From IMG/VR virus record IMGVR_UViG_3300037784_000028, positions 1 to 37,056 of that record: a DNA stretch of 37,056 bases. The stretch is one strand, 5' to 3'. Position numbers and translations under genes: made by a program. This DNA comes from a virus. Taxonomy: Duplodnaviria > Caudoviricetes. The notes beneath the pieces were generated by a model, which was not told the DNA's origin, did not search any database, and saw nothing but the letters and a program-made list of their open reading frames with translations. Below are positions 1 through 9,191 of this stretch, piece after piece; position 1 is the first letter of the stretch; each line of letters opens with the position of its first letter.

Positions 1-739
1 ACCGACCACAGCGATCGAAAAGGGCAAGGCGATTCATACGCTCATGCTCGATGGGCCGGAACTGTTCGAGGCCACCTACGCGATCGGCGGGCCGATCAAC
101 CCCAAGACGAACGCGCCGTACAACCGGGGCACAAAGAAGTTCGATGAGTGGATCGAAGAACAGGGCGACAAGCCGTTCCTCACGACCACTGAGTATGAGT
201 CGGTCAAGCGCATGGCCGAGGCGATCGAATCAGACGGGTTCCTACACAGCATCGTCACGATGCCTGGGACCGAGCGGGAGCTTTCCCTGTTCTGGTGCGA
301 GACGATCAACGGCGAGCGTATCCGGTGCAAGGCCCGGCTGGACTGGTGGAATCCCGACATCGGCGTGATCGACCTCAAGAGCACTGACGAGACGGCATAC
401 GGCGATTTCTGCAAGTCGGTCGCTAATCGCGGGTGGTTCGGTCAGACGTTCTGGTATCCGCGTGGTGCGGTCATGACCGGCCTGAGCCGCAAGACGCCCG
501 ATTGGGGCTGGGTGGCCGTGCAGAGTCGTGAGCCGTACAAGGTGGCCGCGTACCGGCCTGACGAGTGGATGATCGACAACGGGCGTGCGCTCATGCTCCG
601 TGGCCTTGAGAACATCGCCCGCTATCGCAAGGGCGGTCACAGGCGGGAACCAACAAAGCGATTTGAACAAGTGAAGCTGCCGTCATTCGCATGGCAGGAA
701 GAGAAGGACATCATCAGAGGAAAGGAGGTGTTCTTGTGA
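1..739 (+). CDS. RecE/ExoVIII-like (DUF3799-type) PD-(D/E)XK exonuclease, C-terminal part
   Basis: Motifs ELSLFW...CKARLD...IDLKST...Q..WY; adjacent to an ERF gene. Confidence 0.85.
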   Translation, partial: PTTAIEKGKAIHTLMLDGPELFEATYAIGGPINPKTNAPYNRGTKKFDEWIEEQGDKPFLTTTEYESVKRMAEAIESDGFLHSIVTMPGTERELSLFWCETINGERIRCKARLDWWNPDIGVIDLKSTDETAYGDFCKSVANRGWFGQTFWYPRGAVMTGLSRKTPDWGWVAVQSREPYKVAAYRPDEWMIDNGRALMLRGLENIARYRKGGHRREPTKRFEQVKLPSFAWQEEKDIIRGKEVFL

Positions 740-1383
740 AAGAGAACATCGAGGCAATGAAAGCACTATTTGCAGCACAGGCACAGATGCCGAGTCTGCA
801 CAAAGACGGGCACAACCCGCACTTCAAGAGTGAGTTTGTGACGCTGGACAACATTCTGGGCAAGGTGATCCCGGTACTCAGGGATCATGGGCTTGTGCTC
901 ATGCAGATTCCCTTTGAATCGCAGTCCGGGGTGGGTATCCGCACGATCGTGGCGCACGCTGAAACCGGCGAGGAGATCCAGCTTGGCGAGGTCGTGGTCC
1001 CGGTGAACAAGAAGGACGCGCAGGGATATGGATCTGCCGTCACCTACGGGCGCCGGTACGGTCTGCAAACCGGCCTGTGCCTACGCACTGGCGAGGACGA
1101 CGACGGTAACGGCGCTGCTGATTCCCCACCCGACAACATCATGTCCGTCAAAGCCCGCATCGGCGGGGCGATCCGCGAACTCACCGGATTCAAGGACGGC
1201 AACGACATTCGGGACGCGGTGAATCGTGTTCGCAAGGAAACGAACGCCGCCGACGACCTGAATGGGTGGGTGGCGGTTGAGGAGTTCCTTGCCAGCCACG
1301 ACGCGGACTCGTTCATGAAGTTCCTGAACCCAGACAGCACCGACCTGTTCGAGGGCGAGGGTGCGGAGAGGGGGTACAACTGA
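736..1383 (+). CDS. erf: ERF-family ssDNA annealing protein
   Basis: KDGHNPHFKS..TLD and AQGYGSAVTYGRRYGL...EDDDG motifs; AGGAGG upstream of GTG 736. Confidence 0.9.
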   Translation: MKENIEAMKALFAAQAQMPSLHKDGHNPHFKSEFVTLDNILGKVIPVLRDHGLVLMQIPFESQSGVGIRTIVAHAETGEEIQLGEVVVPVNKKDAQGYGSAVTYGRRYGLQTGLCLRTGEDDDGNGAADSPPDNIMSVKARIGGAIRELTGFKDGNDIRDAVNRVRKETNAADDLNGWVAVEEFLASHDADSFMKFLNPDSTDLFEGEGAERGYN

Positions 1384-1754
1384 TGGGACTTGACACATCA
1401 CACGATTGCTGGCACGGTTCATACTCGTCATTCAATGACTTCCGCGCTCGCATTGCAGCAGATCAGGGCATTGACGATCTGCGGCAGTTTTACAAAGACC
1501 ACCCGTCTATGGATACAAAGCCATACGAGGAAGCGGGCGTAGACCCCAGAATCATCCCGCTCCTGAATCATTCAGATTGCGACGGTGAACTATCGCCTAT
1601 TGAGTGCAGGGAGATTGCGTTGTTCCTCAATGAGTACATGCAACGCATTGAGGGGAAAGACCTAGGAGCCAAGTGGCACAGGGAAGAAGTAAACCAGTTC
1701 AGCACTGGCGCGATGAAAGCGTGGATGCAGAACGAGCATGTGGAGTTTAGGTAA
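1383..1754 (+). CDS. Hypothetical phage protein (MGLD..., HSDCDG motif)
   Basis: TGATG and TAATG coupling on both sides. Confidence 0.75.
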   Translation: MGLDTSHDCWHGSYSSFNDFRARIAADQGIDDLRQFYKDHPSMDTKPYEEAGVDPRIIPLLNHSDCDGELSPIECREIALFLNEYMQRIEGKDLGAKWHREEVNQFSTGAMKAWMQNEHVEFR

Positions 1755-2158
1755 TGACCCCCACCCCCGCCAAAGGCAAACGCGGTGCAGTGACGATTAC
1801 GCTGCCGTGGCCCCCGTCGATCAACGGATACTGGCGATCAATCGTCAGAGGCAAGCGGCCCGCTCAGATCCTCTCTGAGCGAGGCAGAGAGTACAGGGAC
1901 TCAGTGTCCGCGTCGGTGCTCTCGCAGGGCTCTCCGTCAATCTCTGGTCCTGTCAGGGTGTGTGAGCGATTCCACCCGCCAACGCTCCGCAAATACGACA
2001 TCGACAACTTCCGCAAGGCGTACCGGGACGGGCTTGTTCACGCAGGCGTGATTGAGGACGACCACCTGATCCACGAGGATCACGGCATCAAGTGCCCCAA
2101 GGACAAGGACAACCCGCGCGTGGAGATCACGATCGAGCCAATGGAGGGCGCAGCATGA
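1754..2158 (+). CDS. rusA: RusA-family Holliday junction resolvase
   Basis: LPWPPSINGYWR and DIDNFRKAYRDGL..AGVIEDD motifs. Confidence 0.92.
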   Translation: MTPTPAKGKRGAVTITLPWPPSINGYWRSIVRGKRPAQILSERGREYRDSVSASVLSQGSPSISGPVRVCERFHPPTLRKYDIDNFRKAYRDGLVHAGVIEDDHLIHEDHGIKCPKDKDNPRVEITIEPMEGAA

Positions 2159-2379
2159 AACGAGCAAAGCCATTCACAAGGCCCATACCGCGATGCTACC
2201 CAAGGGTGTACGCATACGGCCACGAACTCATTCAAAGGATCATCCTGCGGGAGACGTCCGCACGGGTCTACATGGAGTCGGGGAACGTGTACAACGTGCA
2301 CGCCCTTCCGGGCCAGAAGTTCACGACAGACGACTTTACGGAGATCGTCGCGACGGCGATCAGGAAGGAAAAGGCATGA
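2155..2379 (+). CDS. Hypothetical protein
   Basis: ATGA overlap with rusA; GGAGG upstream. Confidence 0.6.
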   Translation: MKRAKPFTRPIPRCYPRVYAYGHELIQRIILRETSARVYMESGNVYNVHALPGQKFTTDDFTEIVATAIRKEKA

Positions 2380-2759
2380 ACCATCCCGAGACACACAAGG
2401 TAACTCGCAAGAACGGGACGCGACCAGCAGGCAAGCAAGGCGAATGTTTCTACTGTCACGAGAAGATTGGCAACGAACACAAGCCGGATTGCGTGCTCAG
2501 GAAAAAAACTGTTGTGATCCGGCTCGAAGTTGAGTATGTCGTCGCCGTCCCGGAGTCGTGGGACAGCGAGAACATCAACTTCCATCGGAACATGGGTTCA
2601 TGGTGCGCCGGGAATGTGGTTGGCGAACTGGAGCACCTGAACGAAAACATGAATGGGTGCCTGTGCAATATCGCCAAGTTTGAGTACATACGGGACGCAA
2701 CCGAGAGCGACGAGTTGTCGGCTTGGGGCGGGTGGGTTTCGCCGGAGGACTACCAATGA
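2376..2759 (+). CDS. Hypothetical protein with CFYC..H...C putative Zn site
   Basis: ATGA overlap; AAGGAAAAGG upstream. Confidence 0.7.
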   Translation: MNHPETHKVTRKNGTRPAGKQGECFYCHEKIGNEHKPDCVLRKKTVVIRLEVEYVVAVPESWDSENINFHRNMGSWCAGNVVGELEHLNENMNGCLCNIAKFEYIRDATESDELSAWGGWVSPEDYQ

Positions 2760-2953
2760 ACCAGCCCCCGCCCAGCATCGCACTCATGTACCGATGGGAC
2801 GAGAACGACCCGCGAACCAGAGTCGTCAAGTGGGATTTTCGAGAGTTGCCGAAGGTCACTTACGAGAAGGTCAAGTGCCTACGCGACATCAAGGACACCA
2901 AACAGATCACGCGCGATGTGATAACGCACGCCGCATTCGAGGGGGCTTTCTGA
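2756..2953 (+). CDS. Hypothetical protein
   Basis: GGAGGA RBS; overlapping start and stop codons. Confidence 0.6.
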   Translation: MNQPPPSIALMYRWDENDPRTRVVKWDFRELPKVTYEKVKCLRDIKDTKQITRDVITHAAFEGAF

Positions 2954-3270
2954 TGAACCAGCCCTCCCTATTCCCCCACAACAAACACCCGACCCACAGG
3001 ATGCACGCGAACTCCAAGGCCGCGTGGAGGTCGATCAAGCCCAGCAAGCGGGCACAGCAGATTCTCGACTTCGCAAGCGAACACCCGCCGATGACAGACC
3101 GGCAACTGCGAAACGCGATGGGGTTTGACGACCTGAACCAGGTGCGCCCTCGCGTGACCGAACTGCACGACCGGGGCCTGATGTTTGAATACGACACAGT
3201 GAAATGCAGCGCCACCAAGAGGCCCGTTCGCGTGAACGGCGTTCGCGGGGTGCATGAAAGGAAGAAGTGA
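2953..3270 (+). CDS. Small winged-helix-like DNA-binding protein
   Basis: MTDRQLRNAMG..LNQVRPRVTELHDRGL pattern typical of phage wHTH proteins. Confidence 0.6.
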   Translation: MNQPSLFPHNKHPTHRMHANSKAAWRSIKPSKRAQQILDFASEHPPMTDRQLRNAMGFDDLNQVRPRVTELHDRGLMFEYDTVKCSATKRPVRVNGVRGVHERKK

Positions 3271-3566
3271 TGACGCGAGAACTTGAGAGACAGAATGCCA
3301 TTCTGATGCACAAGCTGGTGCAGGCAGCGAGCACCTTTCGTTGCATGAAGCACTACGGCGTTCAGGCGGAGCAAGCCGACGCAGCGAGGTACATGGATGA
3401 CCTAGAGCAGATTCTTTCGCGGTACACCGATGACATGGCCCCTTGCAACAACGGCCATAGATGGGACGACGAGCGGTGTGTGGTGTGCGGCATCAAAGAC
3501 TGGATGGCATATGGAAAAGAGGTGGCCCATGCCGCGTCTGAAGCCACAGAACCCCCAACCCCTTGA
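3270..3566 (+). CDS. Hypothetical protein (C-terminal C..GH.W...CVVCG)
   Basis: TGATG coupling. Confidence 0.6.
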   Translation: MTRELERQNAILMHKLVQAASTFRCMKHYGVQAEQADAARYMDDLEQILSRYTDDMAPCNNGHRWDDERCVVCGIKDWMAYGKEVAHAASEATEPPTP

Positions 3567-3912
3567 CACGCCCCGCCCACCCCATTACACTACCGATGCA
3601 ACCCGGATCGTGCCCCAGCACATCCAAGACAAGCCACCGCCCCAACCGAGGCCGATTTCGCATTTGCGATCCGGGTTGCACCTCGCGGGGTGGTGGCGTG
3701 CGCGTAGGAGAATGCGAATGACAGACTTTGAACGAGCATGCGATGACGAGGGATGGGAAGAATCCTCGAACGGCGAGATCGTGTATGCAGGCACAGATAC
3801 ACCTGTTGACTGGAGCAAAGCCAACCCACTCGCTGCGATGGCGGTGCTACTGAGTGGCAAAGGGCCTCGTAGCGTCATAGAGCAGGCACTTTGGAAAGGG
3901 TTATCACAATGA
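3529..3912 (+). CDS. Hypothetical protein (start uncertain: 3529, 3712 or 3718)
   Basis: GAGGT before 3529 and AGGAG before 3712, all in the same frame. Confidence 0.5.
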   Translation: MPRLKPQNPQPLDTPRPPHYTTDATRIVPQHIQDKPPPQPRPISHLRSGLHLAGWWRARRRMRMTDFERACDDEGWEESSNGEIVYAGTDTPVDWSKANPLAAMAVLLSGKGPRSVIEQALWKGLSQ

Positions 3913-4289
3913 CCAGCGAGCAGACAGAGCGGATGAGTGAGGCGGAGATTGAACAGCACTGCCATGAGTTGTCTCGGTGGTACGACGAAACCGGAAAGGT
4001 TTCACTGAGGATCATCATGCAGTACCAATCCGACCTCGCCGAAGCCCGCGAGCAGTTGGAGGAGGCGAGGGAGGGGTTGGAGTTCTATGTACACCAAGGG
4101 GACATGGGAGAGCGTGCTCGAACCATCCTCTCCCGCCTCTCGCCCAGCACGAAGGGTGCGGGGGGAGGTGAGTGCCCTGAGTGCGGGAGTCACCCGTCCA
4201 TTGACGGGGGCAAGTGCGAAGCTTGTTACAAGGATGCTATTTGTTTGGCAAGGCGGGCGTCGCTGGCCGGTGAGGACAACCATGACTAA
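3909..4289 (+). CDS. Hypothetical protein, coiled coil plus CPECG...CEAC Zn finger
   Basis: ATGA overlaps; Cys pairs. Confidence 0.65.
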   Translation: MTSEQTERMSEAEIEQHCHELSRWYDETGKVSLRIIMQYQSDLAEAREQLEEAREGLEFYVHQGDMGERARTILSRLSPSTKGAGGGECPECGSHPSIDGGKCEACYKDAICLARRASLAGEDNHD

Positions 4290-4617
4290 CCCCACCCCAC
4301 CGCAACCGCCCGAGATGCCGAAGCCGAACGTACCCGATCAAGTGCTGAGGATGGACTCACTTACTCCAGAGATACGGATAAGACGGTGGACGGTACATGC
4401 AGACGGCACCACCTCCATCGAACGCTACGCCAAGCAGCAGCGTGATCGGGCGGAGAAGGCGGAGGTGGAGAACGCGAGACTGCGGGAGGCGTTGGGCTGC
4501 ATCAAGCAGCACATAGAGGCCGGGACATTCCACCTTGAGGAAGTGATTGTTTGCATTGTGGATCAAGCCCTCCACCCCACCCCCGAAGCCACGAACAAGG
4601 AGAATGAAGATGAGTAA
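4282..4617 (+). CDS. Hypothetical coiled-coil protein
   Basis: GAGGA RBS; RDRAEKAEVENARLREAL. Confidence 0.65.
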   Translation: MTNPTPPQPPEMPKPNVPDQVLRMDSLTPEIRIRRWTVHADGTTSIERYAKQQRDRAEKAEVENARLREALGCIKQHIEAGTFHLEEVIVCIVDQALHPTPEATNKENEDE

Positions 4618-4936
4618 GCTGAACGAGACGGAAGTTCGGGAGAGGGCTATTTCGTGGATTGGGGCGTATACCGAGAGATTCGACCCGCCATACGACAAGA
4701 CTGTGGTACCAATCATCCGCGAACTCCTCACCCTGCTCGACGAGAAGGACAGGGTGCTCGGCGGGTCTCTCTCCGTCATCACAACTGAGCGGGACTGCGT
4801 GGTAGCAGAGCTTCATGACGACGAAGGTGTGTGCCGCACCCTCTCGCATCAGCAACGGTACGGCCTGCTCAACACACAGGCGAACGAGATCAAGGTTTCG
4901 CTCGCCGCCCGCAACAAGGAGCCCACCCATGACTGA
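4610..4936 (+). CDS. Hypothetical protein
   Basis: AAGGAG RBS; overlapped by both neighbours. Confidence 0.6.
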   Translation: MSKLNETEVRERAISWIGAYTERFDPPYDKTVVPIIRELLTLLDEKDRVLGGSLSVITTERDCVVAELHDDEGVCRTLSHQQRYGLLNTQANEIKVSLAARNKEPTHD

Positions 4937-5309
4937 CCTTTCAAACAAAACCGCCGATTCCTTTAAGAGTGGCGACGAAGTTAAAGGCGGGTTTGATACC
5001 GCCGAACTCACTCAGGCAGGCGAGACGCTCGCACGCCTCGGGCTCGTATCGCTCGCAGTGGCGCTCCTGTCCGGGTGCAGCATTGAATCATCGCCGTCAT
5101 CACCGCCACCCCCCGAGTCGCCCAAGCAATTGAACATCAGTGAAACAAAGTCCTACGGCAGCGAAGAGGAGAGATGGAGCGAGCACCTGATTACAGTGGA
5201 GCACGACGGGCACCTGTTCGTCATCCACAATAAGGGCTACGGCTCAAGCATGCTCCACCATCCGGGGTGCGAATGTGCCACTGAAGCACTGGAGATCGAC
5301 CATGACTGA
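4929..5309 (+). CDS. Putative lipoprotein/membrane protein
   Basis: Hydrophobic stretch ending LLSG-C (lipobox-like); AAGGAG RBS. Confidence 0.55.
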   Translation: MTDLSNKTADSFKSGDEVKGGFDTAELTQAGETLARLGLVSLAVALLSGCSIESSPSSPPPPESPKQLNISETKSYGSEEERWSEHLITVEHDGHLFVIHNKGYGSSMLHHPGCECATEALEIDHD

Positions 5310-5685
5310 CCGAACAAACCCGCCCCCAACCGAACTCATGGCGAAGGTGGTGGCGAAGTGGAAGGGATGGGAATCATGCAAAGGGCCGTTCTGGAACGGG
5401 AACCACAACGCGTTCCAGTGCCAGCAGGAACCCTACACCATCGTACCGGACCCGAGGGAAAGCACGGACGCGGCGTTGGATTTGCTGCATTGGGTGGCTG
5501 ACTACATCATAGACGCTGTTGAGGATGGGCTAGGCGTTGTCCAGCTACAGCGAGAAAATGGGGTATGGCACGTCTGGAACTACTGGTCTGGGAATGAGTA
5601 TGGAGACATCCCCATCTCCGGCCAGCCCTTCAGAACTGCCGTCTGCTGGCTCGCCGTGGACGTGCTAGGAGTAGCCAATGCCTGA
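5302..5685 (+). CDS. Hypothetical protein
   Basis: GGAG RBS; Trp-rich. Confidence 0.65.
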   Translation: MTDRTNPPPTELMAKVVAKWKGWESCKGPFWNGNHNAFQCQQEPYTIVPDPRESTDAALDLLHWVADYIIDAVEDGLGVVQLQRENGVWHVWNYWSGNEYGDIPISGQPFRTAVCWLAVDVLGVANA

Positions 5686-5785
5686 CGGAATGTACACCGC
5701 CCTCTACATCTGCCTCGGCATATTCGCCGTGGCGATCATCGCACTGCTTATCATCGGGAGGAAGAACAATGGACGCAAGCACTGA
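5678..5785 (+). CDS. 35-aa single-TM peptide (MPDGMYTALYICLGIFAVAIIALLIIGRKNNGRKH)
   Basis: AGGAG RBS; fills the gap; hydrophobic helix with a basic tail; translated by hand. Confidence 0.55.
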   Translation: MPDGMYTALYICLGIFAVAIIALLIIGRKNNGRKH

Positions 5786-6137
5786 ACTCAACGAACTCAC
5801 AACAGGCGAACTTCTCGATCTCGCATGGGAACTGAACCCCCAAGAGGATTGGTACGGCAAGGTGGAGATGTTGATCCGCTACATGAGAGACGTGGGGAAT
5901 TACTGGGACTGCTACCTTATTGGACGCTGGGACCCTGAGTTGGTTTGGTATCAGCACCGAGAAGATCATCCGCTACACGTCTACTACGGATGCTACCGAG
6001 GTTCGCTCGGCGACGGGTATAGGTATCGGCAAGTTGATGAGGAGAAGCAAAGAGAACTCTTGATTGATTTTTTAGAAAGGGGTCGCCCATACACAAGCGA
6101 AGATTGGCTGCGGGATGGGGGCCAGCCGCAACACTAG
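5769..6137 (+). CDS. Hypothetical protein (MDASTELNEL)
   Basis: GGAGG RBS. Confidence 0.65.
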   Translation: MDASTELNELTTGELLDLAWELNPQEDWYGKVEMLIRYMRDVGNYWDCYLIGRWDPELVWYQHREDHPLHVYYGCYRGSLGDGYRYRQVDEEKQRELLIDFLERGRPYTSEDWLRDGGQPQH

Positions 6138-6147
6138 GGAGCATGCA

Positions 6148-6510
6148 ATGGACGCAAGTAAGCAACTCAACGAACTCTGGGAACTGCTGGGGAGGGGGAC
6201 GCATGAGGCGTGGCCGGAGTGTGTATGTCCACTGGAAAGCGATAGAACCCCAAGTAAGGAGGATAAGTACCAGTCGGAATGGTGGTATGAGGGCTGGGCT
6301 AGCGGGACGCGGATTGAGAAAGCCCAACACGCCCTCGATCTCGTCACGGCGCACGCGGAGCGGTGGTTGGTGGAGCAGGGGTGGCACCTAACGAGACTCG
6401 CAGGCGAAACCGGCTACACGTATTCCCCACCCGGCGGCATTAACAAGCCGCATCACTACACCCTCACCGATGCCATCCGCTACGCACTGGAATCAGCCCC
6501 CGCAACCTGA
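6148..6510 (+). CDS. Hypothetical protein (MDASKQLNEL), last gene of the + arm
   Basis: GGGAG RBS; shares its N-terminus with the previous gene. Confidence 0.65.
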   Translation: MDASKQLNELWELLGRGTHEAWPECVCPLESDRTPSKEDKYQSEWWYEGWASGTRIEKAQHALDLVTAHAERWLVEQGWHLTRLAGETGYTYSPPGGINKPHHYTLTDAIRYALESAPAT

Positions 6511-7668
6511 GCAACCAAACTGCCGATCTAGCTGGTCTTGAGCGAACGCATTCAACGCCGGATCAGTCGGAATCGGGCCGGGCCTGCCAGCATCGTACCC
6601 CGCGCACTGCGGGCACTGGCGATACAGCGGGTTCGCGCAACGCGGGTCATTCGGCACCAAGCCCGCACACAGGTTCCCGCTCGACGGGCACGCCTGGGTG
6701 GACCACGTAGCCCCTACAGGTGGGTCGCTCGAGACAGCCGACACCGGGACGTACCGATCACCGCCCCAGAGCAGCGTAACGCCGTCCTGCGGGCGTAGGT
6801 CAGGGTCGTAGGTAATCGTCGCCGTCCCATCGCACAGACGCGCCACAGGCCATTCGGGGGCACCACCGCACACGTCCTGTACCCAGTCCACCGCAACGGG
6901 CGTACCGCTCGCTCTGGACACAAGGCGGTAGCTCTCGCCCTGATAGCGGATGCCGGTGAATCCGTTGGACGTGGCCTGATCGACGATGATGGTCTGGGCG
7001 GGGTCATCGCACTTGGCGGCGAGCATGAGATCGGGGGTGTTCTGGTTGCAGTTGGTATCGAACTGGGCCTCTACGATGAGCTGGCCGGTCTGGGAGACAA
7101 TGCCGCTCGCGCAGGGCTGGTCGCCCAGATCGTTATCCAGCGTCACAGGCCCGTTATCGAGGAACAGGCCCTGATTGAAGGTTCGGCGCCAAAGGAACAC
7201 GAGGCCGCCCGTACCCGACGACGTGGTAATGTCATACGACGACCCGCCCCCCACCACGTCGATGCGGGCCTCTCTGATGATCGGGCGGTTATCGCGGCAC
7301 CCGAGGGTGTAGTCGAAATGGAAGGTGGTATCGGTCCCGTACACGCCGCCTTGACCGACAAACGAGACAAGCCCCTTGAACGGGAGATTCAGGGCGCTTG
7401 ATTGGATGCCCGCTGTGGGCAATGGCCCATCCACGAGCAAATCAACCAGCTCGGCCTCGATGCTTCCGCCCCCGTCCGAGATTCGGATATCACACGACGA
7501 CGGCGTGAACCCCACCGCCGACGCGCGGAAGCAGAACCCGAGCACGCCGGGGCAGGGCGGATCGCCCCCGCCACCATCGCAACAGCACGGCGCACCGTTG
7601 GCAGTGGTGAGCACACGCCCACCCTGCACGACTACGCGACCGTCCTTGACGAGGATGTGGGTCATCAA
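6493..7668 (-). CDS. Cys-rich putative tail-tip/fibre protein with two tandem ~55-aa repeats
   Basis: Last gene of the structural arm; PCCCD at the N-terminus, GCSGCGG at the C-terminus. Confidence 0.6.
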   Translation of the reverse strand: MMTHILVKDGRVVVQGGRVLTTANGAPCCCDGGGGDPPCPGVLGFCFRASAVGFTPSSCDIRISDGGGSIEAELVDLLVDGPLPTAGIQSSALNLPFKGLVSFVGQGGVYGTDTTFHFDYTLGCRDNRPIIREARIDVVGGGSSYDITTSSGTGGLVFLWRRTFNQGLFLDNGPVTLDNDLGDQPCASGIVSQTGQLIVEAQFDTNCNQNTPDLMLAAKCDDPAQTIIVDQATSNGFTGIRYQGESYRLVSRASGTPVAVDWVQDVCGGAPEWPVARLCDGTATITYDPDLRPQDGVTLLWGGDRYVPVSAVSSDPPVGATWSTQACPSSGNLCAGLVPNDPRCANPLYRQCPQCAGYDAGRPGPIPTDPALNAFAQDQLDRQFGCSGCGG

Positions 7669-8537
7669 TCAATCTGCGTTGGGCCGCCCACGTCCTGCTT
7701 CGTGCCGTACAGGTAAACCGCGTTGGAGTCGTTGAGGAGTTCGCTGTCAACGATCCGGGCACCACCCACATTGAACGCGGTCCCGCCCGGCGTGATCGCC
7801 TCACGAAGGCGTGATGCGTCGTAGGTGCCGCCCAGAAGGTTCATGGTCGGGATTGCCCCACGGTCCTGAGCGAAGTACCCGCCGTAGGTCTTCACAGACG
7901 ACGATGAGAAGTCCGTGACCTGGCCATCGGGGAAGTAGAAGACCTTGGCCGTGCCGCCGATCTCGAAGGTCGTGACCTTGCGGTAGACGTAGTGCTCGCC
8001 CGCCGTGGCGCGGAATAGGGTGATCGCGGTCGAGCTGTACTCGATCTCGGATCGCCCGCCGTAGCTGTCAAAGTTGGTGATGACCGTATCTTGGTTGGCC
8101 GTGAGATTCCCGCCCGTCTGACCAACGTTCGTGAACGTCCCGCCGTACAGGTGGAGTTCGTTGCCCTTGCCCACCGAGGCGTTCTTGCACTCGTTGTCGT
8201 CGCCGTCCGCTTCGTAGTGAAACACCACGCCAGACCCGTAGTTGGAGACCTCAGCGCTGGCCTGATCGCCAGCCGACGATGCTGATTCATTGTCCGCATC
8301 GAACTTGACCGGGTTCGCGGCGGTCCCGAGCACGCCACGCGCCCCCGGTTGGATCTTGAACGAGTGAACGCCCTCGGTCGCGCCGGAGTGGTCGATCGAC
8401 GTTGTGACCGCCGTAACGCCGTTGCCGATGATGTCATTGATGACCAGATCGGGGTAGGTCGCGCTGAATCCGTTGGTGTCTGACCATTGAGCATCCGCCA
8501 GACTGGATGCGTTCTTCGCAAGGTATGCGGTTGCCAT
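7665..8537 (-). CDS. Putative virion protein, beta-strand/Gly-rich
   Basis: GGAG RBS; position in the tail module; G/T/N-rich short repeats. Confidence 0.6.
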   Translation of the reverse strand: MATAYLAKNASSLADAQWSDTNGFSATYPDLVINDIIGNGVTAVTTSIDHSGATEGVHSFKIQPGARGVLGTAANPVKFDADNESASSAGDQASAEVSNYGSGVVFHYEADGDDNECKNASVGKGNELHLYGGTFTNVGQTGGNLTANQDTVITNFDSYGGRSEIEYSSTAITLFRATAGEHYVYRKVTTFEIGGTAKVFYFPDGQVTDFSSSSVKTYGGYFAQDRGAIPTMNLLGGTYDASRLREAITPGGTAFNVGGARIVDSELLNDSNAVYLYGTKQDVGGPTQID

Positions 8538-8541
8538 TGGT

Positions 8542-8874
8542 TTACTCCTGCGCTCTACGCGCGAAAATGTGCAGCGTGCCGTAACGTCCGGACTCCGCCG
8601 TTGTGACTGCGAACGTGATGTAGTTCACGCCGTCGATGTCGATCTTGTTTGCCGTTCCGTCGAGGGTCAGGTCGGTGTCCTGCAAGGGCGGTTCCTTCAC
8701 CGTCCGCTGGGTCATGGCGTGAACCTTGCCCGTTGTGGGGCCGGTGCCGTCCTCAGTGACGTAGCGGTAGTACAGGTCGTCAAGCCCGCCGACCTCAAGC
8801 GGCCTCATGCCGATGTTCTCGATCTCGGCAAGGCCCACAGACTCCATCTTGATTTCAAGTTCCATCTCAATCAT
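8542..8874 (-). CDS. Putative virion protein
   Basis: GGAGG RBS; tail module. Confidence 0.6.
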   Translation of the reverse strand: MIEMELEIKMESVGLAEIENIGMRPLEVGGLDDLYYRYVTEDGTGPTTGKVHAMTQRTVKEPPLQDTDLTLDGTANKIDIDGVNYITFAVTTAESGRYGTLHIFARRAQE

Positions 8875-9191
8875 GGGCACCCTCCGAATGCGGGGAGTTC
8901 GCCCCGGTCGATGTACAGAATGAAGTCGTCACCCTGCCGGTCAAAGTGGATCGGCACGCGATGACCCAGCGGGAACGGGTTGATATTCGGCTGCTCGCCG
9001 TCCGGTCCGAGCGGCATGTACTCCGTCCACCGCGCGCCACGCTGGGGAACGACGTCCGGTAGCGATACAGACGAGTTGTTGATGTTGATCGCCACCGTGT
9101 ACGACACCTGATCGGCGGGAGACGGAACGTCAACGCTGCGTCCGACGATGATGCCGGTGTACAGTCCCGGTTCTAGGTCGTTCAGGTTCAT
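8871..9191 (-). CDS. Putative tail-tip protein (possible OB-fold/spike-like)
   Basis: ATGA overlap; GIIVG..SYTV...V.P pattern; position. Confidence 0.5.
   Translation of the reverse strand: MNLNDLEPGLYTGIIVGRSVDVPSPADQVSYTVAININNSSVSLPDVVPQRGARWTEYMPLGPDGEQPNINPFPLGHRVPIHFDRQGDDFILYIDRGELPAFGGCP

Noticed and set aside
6493-8537. Diversity-generating retroelement target
   Set aside because: No reverse transcriptase and no adenine-variant TR/VR pair seen
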